This document shows positions 57,780-64,000 of a DNA stretch of 64,000 nucleotides, one piece after another; position 1 is the first letter of the stretch; every line of letters starts with the position of its first letter. Made by a program: the position numbers and the translations under genes. A model generated the notes under the pieces. The model had not been told where the DNA came from. It worked only from the letters and a program-made list of their open reading frames with translations, and ran no database searches. The stretch spans positions 16,545-80,544 of the IMG/VR virus record IMGVR_UViG_3300020452_000548; one strand, 5' to 3'. Source of the stretch: a virus.

Positions 57780-59996
57780 TCACTCTTCCTCCTGATTACC
57801 ATCCCATGCAGACTGGTAGCTATCCCATGTAGGATACCTATCAGCTAACGCAGGGTCACAAGTCACATAGACCACTCTATCAATTGCTCTTGTTACTGCA
57901 ACATAGCAAGCATTTAGCTCTTGGATGACTTCTGGTGCATCTTTCATACAATGGTCGAGCATGAATGTGGATTGCAGACCATCCTCAATGACCTTATCAA
58001 TCACAATGAAAGCAACAGGGCCTTGCGCCCCTTTAGTGCGATGAACGGATGCGAACCTGATTGTATCGTCATGACCAGTCCTCCCCTCAGTAGTACCGCA
58101 TAGACTGGTAAGCCAACCCTCAAAGCCCCTAATTGTAGGTGTTTCAACCCTGTCTATGTATCCATGCAGAATCTCAGCAGTAGCTTCAGCCTTATCTCTA
58201 AGGTCGCAGTATCTTTGCTCTCTCTTTGCAGCTTGAAGGTCGCCACCACATCTTCTCTCAGCAGCCTCAAGGTTTGAATCAAGGAAGCTTGAGAGCCTGT
58301 CCTCAACAACATCATGATTGAGGATGTGAGATATATCACGATCATACATTAGGTCAAACCCAACCCATGCACCACGATGCTTCTTAGCTCCCCTAAAGAT
58401 GCCCATGACCATCTTATCAATACCAGAATTGCCTCCCGGTAGTGTAATGCTTTTCTCACCGTCTATGAGCGTTCTCAAAGCGAGCTTAGCTAATGGTGCG
58501 TTGATTCTGCAAGTCACTAAGTCGCCATGCTGAGCAGCGTATGGTAGTAGGTGTGCGGGCATCATTACTGCCTTCTGCCCCTCTCTCCAATCGCCTTCTG
58601 GTGTCCTGTGAGCTGAGTAATCACCCATGCCTGATTCCAATAGCTTCTCTTCAGTATATCCCTTCATCAATGCTACATCCATGTTGGACTTCATGAAGCG
58701 ATGAACATCTTGCTCAACATTCATACTGTTTCTCCAACAGATAGTCATGGGCATCTCTATGCAATCGTATGTCTGAACAAGCTTGCGTGTTGCAGCTGAG
58801 TCAGCGTGATTGAATAGATACAGGCTTTGGCGAATATCACCAACAATGACTATGTTAGTGTCCTCATTGACGAAGCAATTTAGGAAGCGACCCTGCAATA
58901 CTGAGAAGTCCTGTACCTCATCAACAATGAGCAGGTTGATTCTCTTACCATATCGTAGGTTTAGAGCTACTGGCGCATAGATGTGGTCTTGGAAGGCCAC
59001 AGGCACTTTCTCTCCCCCGAAGCTCATACCAAGAGCATTGAATACATTCTGACCGTCAGACTGGGTAAGGAGCTGACGAATACTGACTAATGATCTTCTG
59101 TTGTAGTATCCTGTAACTGAGTTAGGCACTACGCAATCAGCAGTAGCCGTTCTGCGATAGTTAGACCACCCATAGCCCTCAGCACCCATGATTGGATTGA
59201 GGCACTTCATACCATCAGCGATAACAGACACAACAGCATCTGCATACTCTAGCTCTCCCAACAGGGCCTTAGTGAATACAATATCATCATCACGACCATA
59301 CCTACCTGATAGTAGCTCTACGACTTCAAGAGCAGGTTCTTCGGCATCAATCATCACGCCACCCGCCATACAAGCAGTAACGCCCTTCTCTATGCCTCTT
59401 GCACCCGCCATCCAACCTGCTATCTCATTCTTGATAGTGTCATGACCCTGTGTAGCATTGTATAGCCTATTCTTCAAATCAGGAGTCATTGATAGCTGGA
59501 TTCTGCTGAGGTTGCGATACTTGTTCCCATCACGATCATCAATAGGAGTCATGCCGTTGCTCTTGATGTAATCAAATATCATTGAGCGACCACCTGCATT
59601 GGCGGTGTTGCTTCTGCCTAGCTGAGTAAAACCAGTAAGACCGGATGCCTTTAGTGAATTACCTACCTCTAACAAAGCTTCAGCGATGTGCTTGTTGAAG
59701 GCAGTAGCTACAACTGGCTGATTGCCGTAGCCCAAGTTAGACCATAGTTTCATGATACATTCAACAGTAGTGGTCTTTCCAGAACCCGCTACTGCCGAGA
59801 TAGAGAGCTTGAGAGGATTAGCGGGCTTGACCGCAGTTAGTGGGTCATCACCTGCAAATCCTTGTTGAGCGAAATTGAGTATGTCTGCTTGCTCGTCTGA
59901 ATGAGGGAAGCCATCTCGATTGGTGGTTGGAACACAGCTAAGTAACGATGTGTTCCCGGTAGCAGAAGCTCCGCCAATATCATTGAACCCACTCAT
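57780..59996 (-). CDS. UvrD/Rep-like superfamily 1 helicase
   Basis: AVAGSGKTT, AFNK, IVDEVQD, VGDIRQSLY, CWR, CRINAPL, SVHRTKG, YVAVTRA. Confidence 0.92.
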   Translation of the reverse strand: MSGFNDIGGASATGNTSLLSCVPTTNRDGFPHSDEQADILNFAQQGFAGDDPLTAVKPANPLKLSISAVAGSGKTTTVECIMKLWSNLGYGNQPVVATAFNKHIAEALLEVGNSLKASGLTGFTQLGRSNTANAGGRSMIFDYIKSNGMTPIDDRDGNKYRNLSRIQLSMTPDLKNRLYNATQGHDTIKNEIAGWMAGARGIEKGVTACMAGGVMIDAEEPALEVVELLSGRYGRDDDIVFTKALLGELEYADAVVSVIADGMKCLNPIMGAEGYGWSNYRRTATADCVVPNSVTGYYNRRSLVSIRQLLTQSDGQNVFNALGMSFGGEKVPVAFQDHIYAPVALNLRYGKRINLLIVDEVQDFSVLQGRFLNCFVNEDTNIVIVGDIRQSLYLFNHADSAATRKLVQTYDCIEMPMTICWRNSMNVEQDVHRFMKSNMDVALMKGYTEEKLLESGMGDYSAHRTPEGDWREGQKAVMMPAHLLPYAAQHGDLVTCRINAPLAKLALRTLIDGEKSITLPGGNSGIDKMVMGIFRGAKKHRGAWVGFDLMYDRDISHILNHDVVEDRLSSFLDSNLEAAERRCGGDLQAAKREQRYCDLRDKAEATAEILHGYIDRVETPTIRGFEGWLTSLCGTTEGRTGHDDTIRFASVHRTKGAQGPVAFIVIDKVIEDGLQSTFMLDHCMKDAPEVIQELNACYVAVTRAIDRVVYVTCDPALADRYPTWDSYQSAWDGNQEEE

Positions 59997-60847
59997 TGAG
60001 CCACCTCCACTTTCTTAACTGATACGAAGTGCTTGATGTGTTGTAGTATATCATCCACCAGCTCGTCAGAAGTCATAGTGCCGTTAGCTATCTCAGTAGC
60101 ACGGATGATCGCGTCAGATGCGTTAGCAATCTCTCTCTTAGCTCTTGAGCGTGAATCCCATACTGCCCTGATTCCTTCGGGCGTAAGCAATTCCTCATGC
60201 GTGTATGTAGAGGTTGCAGGTGATACACAATTCCTAACTTCGGACTTGTATTCACCGAACAACCAACCCATGATGCAACCACGACTGACTGAAGCTTGGA
60301 ATGGCTTCTTGCTGTTGCCGTTCTTGTTGAATATGGATGTAATGATGTGGCGACCATCGCCAACCTGATTCCCTCTCTTGGCGAATCTGTGAGCGAATCC
60401 CTTGTTGCCGTAGTAGGTGATGCCGTCTGTTCTAACAGCTGCACATATGATGTTGTATCCACCTATGCTACTTGCATATCCGATTGCCTTGTCTGTGTGG
60501 ATTTCACTAATGAGTATAGGCTCGTTTGAGAAGTATTTCTGTGCTGACTCTTCGCCATGCTTCTCGCTCCAGTCTGCGTAGTTTAGCCTATCCTTCTTGG
60601 TGTTCTCAAATCTGCCTACGAGCATTGTCTTGCCGATGGTGTAGGTGTGTCCGGCTAATACTGCTGCCGATAGATCGTAGTCTGCGTGAATGCAAGCGTG
60701 GTGGTAATCCACGATTACTGGGTCAGTAACTACATACTGGAAGGTGATTCTCTCACCAAACCTTTGAGCTGACCGAGCTTCTGCTTTGGCCTCTCGAAGG
60801 GCGTTCCTTATTGTGTCCGTCATTGTTGGTTTGCTGTGTCCTATCAT
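59993..60847 (-). CDS. Hypothetical protein, first gene of the early block
   Basis: 284-aa ORF with an AGTGA ribosome-binding site, coupled to the helicase gene. Confidence 0.7.
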   Translation of the reverse strand: MIGHSKPTMTDTIRNALREAKAEARSAQRFGERITFQYVVTDPVIVDYHHACIHADYDLSAAVLAGHTYTIGKTMLVGRFENTKKDRLNYADWSEKHGEESAQKYFSNEPILISEIHTDKAIGYASSIGGYNIICAAVRTDGITYYGNKGFAHRFAKRGNQVGDGRHIITSIFNKNGNSKKPFQASVSRGCIMGWLFGEYKSEVRNCVSPATSTYTHEELLTPEGIRAVWDSRSRAKREIANASDAIIRATEIANGTMTSDELVDDILQHIKHFVSVKKVEVAQ

Positions 60848-60885
60848 AATATCACTCTCAGCCTCTCATAGAGGCACAACCTTTC

Positions 60886-60920
60886 GGGGGCTACCACACT
60901 ATATCAATACTACCACTATA
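60886..60920 (-). promoter_or_regulatory. Putative early promoter (TTGATATAGTG followed by CCCCC)
   Basis: CACTATAT at 60897, about 50 nt upstream of 60847; resembles the 53731 element. Confidence 0.45.
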
Positions 60921-60999
60921 ATGTAGGTCTAATGCCTCTAAACGCACTATTCTGCGGTCATCAGCTCACGACAGATTTAGCTATGGTTCGGGGCTTCAT

Positions 61000-61175
61000 C
61001 AGACACCTTCCCCACCATAGACACTACCCATAGGGGGTATAACATACATAGTATGTAATATACCTTGTATTGTATAGTATAATGTGTCTGTCTAAAGTGT
61101 CATTAGTGTCTTGTATTGCTCGCAGTAAGCCCTTTTGTTATAGGACACCTTAGACAACTTGTCTAACGACACCTC
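61000..61175. repeat. AT-rich cluster of GACAC/GTGTC pentamers and short palindromes (candidate origin iterons)
   Basis: GACAC at 61002, 61020, 61144, 61168; GTGTC at 61084, 61097, 61106; palindromes TACATA-G-TATGTA (61045) and TAGACAA-C-TTGTCTA (61151). Confidence 0.5.
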
Positions 61176-61199
61176 ACCTTATACCACACACACTAGCGC

Positions 61200-61630
61200 C
61201 TTGGCTCGGCATTGGGTAATGGGGGGCGAAAAATGCGTTGCATTACCCAATGTGGGGCTGAGCAACGGTGCATTGGGGGGTGAATCGGGGTCGAGAGGGG
61301 GGTTCGCTGAGCCTATTGCCCAATGACTGGCCTATTGCAGGGCTGAGCTAGGCGGATCGGGCTGAAGCTGAGCCGAAAACAGGGCCAAAAGCCCGCAGAA
61401 CGGGCGAAACTGGGGGTGTGGCCGAGCCTTTAGCTCGGCATTCCCTAATGTGGGGGGTTAAGTCGCATTGAATGGGGGCTAAGCCCCATTACCCAATGCA
61501 ATACAACCCCCATTGACCAATGCAAGGCCATTGAATGGGGCTGAGCTGGGGGCTGAGCCATTGGCTTAGGCATCGAGATTTTTTTTTTTTGGCGGGGCTA
61601 CGCCCCGCCTAACCGCATACGCTCGGCGGA
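61200..61630. repeat. GC-rich non-coding repeat region
   Basis: Inverted 12-mer CATTGGGTAATG (61210) / CATTACCCAATG (61241, 61487), many GCTGAGC and GCTCGGC copies, G-runs, T12 (61579-61590), then the hairpin GGCGGGGC-TAC-GCCCCGCC (61591-61609). Confidence 0.75.
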
Positions 61631-61648
61631 ACAAAATACGGTTTTTTT

Positions 61649-61664
61649 CTGTCAATACTGACAG
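61649..61664. promoter_or_regulatory. Palindrome CTGTCA-N4-TGACAG (copy 2)
   Basis: CTGTCAATACTGACAG. Confidence 0.6.
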
Positions 61665-61718
61665 CTTCTGCCCTTTCAATGCCTATTTTTGCCCGCAGAA
61701 TGTTTTTTTGATGAATTG

Positions 61719-61734
61719 CTGTCGGGATTGACAG
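61719..61734. promoter_or_regulatory. Palindrome CTGTCG-N4-TGACAG (copy 3)
   Basis: CTGTCGGGATTGACAG, 70 nt from copy 2. Confidence 0.55.
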
Positions 61735-61890
61735 CATGAGTGAGAAGTGGTATTTGGAACACATGGGGGTCATGGCTTTTTGGCGAACCGTGATCGGTTT
61801 GATGAACCTAACTCTCACAGGGATAGTAGCTCTCAAGATTTTTGGCGTGATTTGAGAATGCTCAAATACGATTGCAGAAAAGGTGTAGTC

Positions 61891-62472
61891 ATGTCGGATA
61901 GCTTCGAGAGAGCTTGGCGTATCGTCAAAGCGTTGCCGGAACAGCAAGCAGTAAGCCGAAGAGGAGCTGAGAAGTTTATGTTCGCAGATTTAGCTGAAGG
62001 TTCTGGGCCATACATGGGTCATGGCTTTGAGTCTGAAGGCACTATTCACCCCGCAATCTTGGGTATGATGGCTCGAAGGGAGAAGGCTCGCCACGATGAG
62101 TCTGTTGAGAGGAACAGGTCTGAGCCTAATGAACAGCTAAGGCGGATACTCACAAAACCAAAATCAGTAGAGCAGATATTAGAAGATGGTGATATGGATA
62201 TGAATATAGAGGCTAACCGTGAATCTCAGAATCGTAGAGATTTTTCAAGCTGGAACAGGGGGCAAAGGTATAATGAAATGAAACCGACACCCCTTGAAGA
62301 ACAAGAACCGGGTAAATTGATGGGTCGCAACGAATATCCTGAGAGCTTTGATACGGGATGGGCAGACAAGGTTCATCCCGGTTCTGGTGAGTTTGATCGC
62401 CATGAGATGAGCGATGGGCAAAGTCCACATTGGATGAGCCATCGAACAAGTGAAGAAAAGGCTCGTCAATGA
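61891..62472 (+). CDS. Tagged (SFERAWRIVK) hydrophilic protein
   Basis: Real start inferred at the ATG at 61891 (MSDSFERAW), about 30 nt after the promoter variant CTCAAATACGATTG. Confidence 0.7.
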   Translation: MSDSFERAWRIVKALPEQQAVSRRGAEKFMFADLAEGSGPYMGHGFESEGTIHPAILGMMARREKARHDESVERNRSEPNEQLRRILTKPKSVEQILEDGDMDMNIEANRESQNRRDFSSWNRGQRYNEMKPTPLEEQEPGKLMGRNEYPESFDTGWADKVHPGSGEFDRHEMSDGQSPHWMSHRTSEEKARQ

Positions 62473-62509
62473 TAAACGGTTAAAATCCATTGACTGTTGT
62501 TGTTCAATC

Positions 62510-63022
62510 ATGACGGCAGATGCGTTCTCAAAGGCTTGGATCTTGGCTAAAGGCGAAGAAAAGAGCATGGCCTATATGGATAAGGGCAAAAAGCGTGGTC
62601 TTTGGGATAATGTTCATGCTAAGAGGAAAAGAGGCGAGAAGGCAGCTAAACCCGGAGATAAGGACTACCCTGATAAGAAAAACTGGGATAAGCTGACTAA
62701 CAAGAGCTATGAGTGCGATTGTAATGCTTGCGTGACTATTCACAACATCTTGGAGAAGAAAGAGAAAGACGACAAACCATTTCACGGGTACAACCCTAAC
62801 AAGCACAGTCGCAAAGGTGGGCTGAATGCGAAGGGTCGTGCAAAGGCAAAGAAGGAAGAGGGTGCTAACCTCAAACCACCCGTTACCGAGAAGAATCCTA
62901 CCGGGAAGAGAAAAGCTCGAAAGAAATCATTCTGCGCTCGTATGGGTGGTGTCAAAGGGCCTACCAGTAAAGAAGGTAAGAAAACACCGAAAGGTGCAGC
63001 TCTTGACAGGTGGAATTGTTGA
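62510..63022 (+). CDS. Tagged (AFSKAWILAK) basic modular protein with a DUF6321-like C-terminus
   Basis: Start inferred at the ATG at 62510. Modules GLWDNVHAKRKRG...PGDKDYP and GGLNAKGR...LKPPV...RKKSFCARM...RWNC are recalled from marine phage small basic proteins. Confidence 0.75.
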   Translation: MTADAFSKAWILAKGEEKSMAYMDKGKKRGLWDNVHAKRKRGEKAAKPGDKDYPDKKNWDKLTNKSYECDCNACVTIHNILEKKEKDDKPFHGYNPNKHSRKGGLNAKGRAKAKKEEGANLKPPVTEKNPTGKRKARKKSFCARMGGVKGPTSKEGKKTPKGAALDRWNC

Positions 63023-63681
63023 TGAGTGATGGGTGCTGTTGCGGGGCAACCAAGTCAAACCCCTGCGTCTGCATGAAGAAAGGCATCACTAAATGTTCCA
63101 AGTCAGAACCCAAGTGTCCTTGCTACGCAGAAAAAGACAAGAAATCATTTGAGAAGGCTTGGTCTGTTGTAAAGGAAGATAGCAGACCACCTACGCCTCT
63201 TGAAGCGATGCAATCAAGATACCTGCATTTTCCTAATGAGGTAATGAATTGTCGAAAACTTGCAGCGGAACATGGGGGAGAACCTTGTGTATTGTGTGGT
63301 GGTAATGGTGATTGGTGTTGGAATGCAGGTTTGAATGTCAATGAGGATGGTTCTTTGGATTATTCTATGATGCAAGGCTATGATGAGAAAGGCAGACCTT
63401 TGAAAAAGAGCGACTTTTTGGTGAAGATGCCTCGAACACTTGAGCATCTGAAGCTGTATGAATCAGGCAAATGCCCATCATGCGAGGGTACAGGTCAGCA
63501 ACTGGTGACGATTGGTTCAGGAGATACATCCCAGTCGCAAACATTTGAGGAAGCGAAAGAGATGGCGATGAGAGATGTAGAGTATATGATGATGGAATGT
63601 GCTGCTTGTGGCGGAACAGGCGTTCCAGATGATGAAATCTGGGGCGATGAAGGTATAATGGAATACGAGGATTACGAATAA
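63022..63681 (+). CDS. Cys-rich modular protein with an internal tag (SFEKAWSVVK) and a DnaJ-type Zn finger
   Basis: TGATG-coupled start at 63022; CCCG...CVC...CPC; tag at 63145-63174; CPSCEGTG...CAACGGTG. Confidence 0.75.
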   Translation: MSDGCCCGATKSNPCVCMKKGITKCSKSEPKCPCYAEKDKKSFEKAWSVVKEDSRPPTPLEAMQSRYLHFPNEVMNCRKLAAEHGGEPCVLCGGNGDWCWNAGLNVNEDGSLDYSMMQGYDEKGRPLKKSDFLVKMPRTLEHLKLYESGKCPSCEGTGQQLVTIGSGDTSQSQTFEEAKEMAMRDVEYMMMECAACGGTGVPDDEIWGDEGIMEYEDYE

Positions 63682-63700
63682 CGCCTTGTTTAGAGAGCTG

Positions 63701-63717
63701 TTAAGAACGATTGTCCT
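63701..63717 (+). promoter_or_regulatory. Putative late promoter TTAAGAACGATTGTCCT
   Basis: Identical to 7937-7953; begins 30 nt upstream of the ATG at 63731. Confidence 0.65.
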
Positions 63718-63730
63718 CTTAGGTTGAACG

Positions 63731-64000
63731 ATGATTGGCGGTGCGAGCTTTGAGAAGGCTTGGAAGATAGCAAAGGAATTGTCTTTGCATGAGAGAGCTG
63801 TAGCTGAAGAGTTTGCACACCCCGATGATATGGAAGGACACAGATTGAGAGATAAAGTGCCTTCGTGGATGAATCGTAGCAAGACGGGAGAGCTAAACCC
63901 AAAGGATTTGGATGAAATGAGGCAAACCGCTGCAACCAGTCCTTTCAGATTCTTTGATGACGATGAGATTTACGAGAGGATAATGGAAAACATGAGTGAG
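63731..64000 (+). CDS. Tagged (SFEKAWKIAK) protein, 3'-truncated, not in ORF track
   Basis: MIGGASFEKAWKIAKELSLHERAV... is open to the end of the window. Confidence 0.75.
   Translation, partial: MIGGASFEKAWKIAKELSLHERAVAEEFAHPDDMEGHRLRDKVPSWMNRSKTGELNPKDLDEMRQTAATSPFRFFDDDEIYERIMENMSE

Noticed and set aside
61579-61609. Rho-independent terminator
   Set aside because: The T-run precedes the hairpin on the + strand, and on the - strand the hairpin is followed by As, so it fits neither strand. Kept only as part of the repeat region.
61200-61630. Possible CRISPR or mini-CRISPR array, given the nearby Cas4-like gene
   Set aside because: The repeats are short, irregular and in both orientations, with no constant repeat-spacer period. 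Solo Cas4-like nucleases are common in archaeal viruses.
61609-61947. The - strand ORF 61609-61947 and the N-terminal extension 61747-61890 of the + strand ORF
   Set aside because: They overlap palindromes and the promoter variant. The tag position and promoter spacing point to the ATG at 61891.

Overview
This window is a 64 kb piece of a tailed archaeal dsDNA virus. It most likely infects Marine Group II/Poseidoniales Euryarchaeota (magrovirus-like). That host call is an inference from the group II chaperonin, fused archaeal-type primase, Hef/XPF-type nuclease, TFB-like and DUF3860-like proteins and GGTGA-type ribosome-binding sites. Layout: (1) 1-32360, + strand, late tail module: repetitive fibre, propeller/FN3 protein, tail tube, frameshifted tail-assembly chaperones, tape measure and giant tail-tip proteins, ending in two accessory genes. 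(2) 32354-60847, - strand, early/replication block: MCM-like ATPase, ERCC4 nuclease, TGT/DpdA-like protein, primase, Cas4-like nuclease, RecA/Sak4-like ATPase, apparently dead ligase, three DNA methyltransferases, thermosome, UvrD helicase and many Zn-finger microproteins; no DNA polymerase was recognised. (3) 60848-61890, a repeat-rich divergent non-coding region. (4) 61891-64000, the start of a second + strand unit. Most notable observation: six otherwise unrelated late-strand proteins at two distant loci share a short tag, [ASP]-F-[DES]-[QERK]-A-W-x-[IVL]-[AV]-K. They include a C5-methyltransferase homologue, an HExxH protein and basic/Cys-rich modules. Both loci lie downstream of the same 16-bp palindrome, and one tagged gene shares an identical 17-bp upstream motif with the tail-tube gene. 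This suggests a tag-directed virion cargo-loading/processing system (inference). Also found: a nested beta-subunit gene inside a multi-module C5 methyltransferase, a -1 frameshift site, conserved promoter-like motifs and apparent CCWGG/GGWCC avoidance. All family calls come from motif recognition by eye, without database searches.
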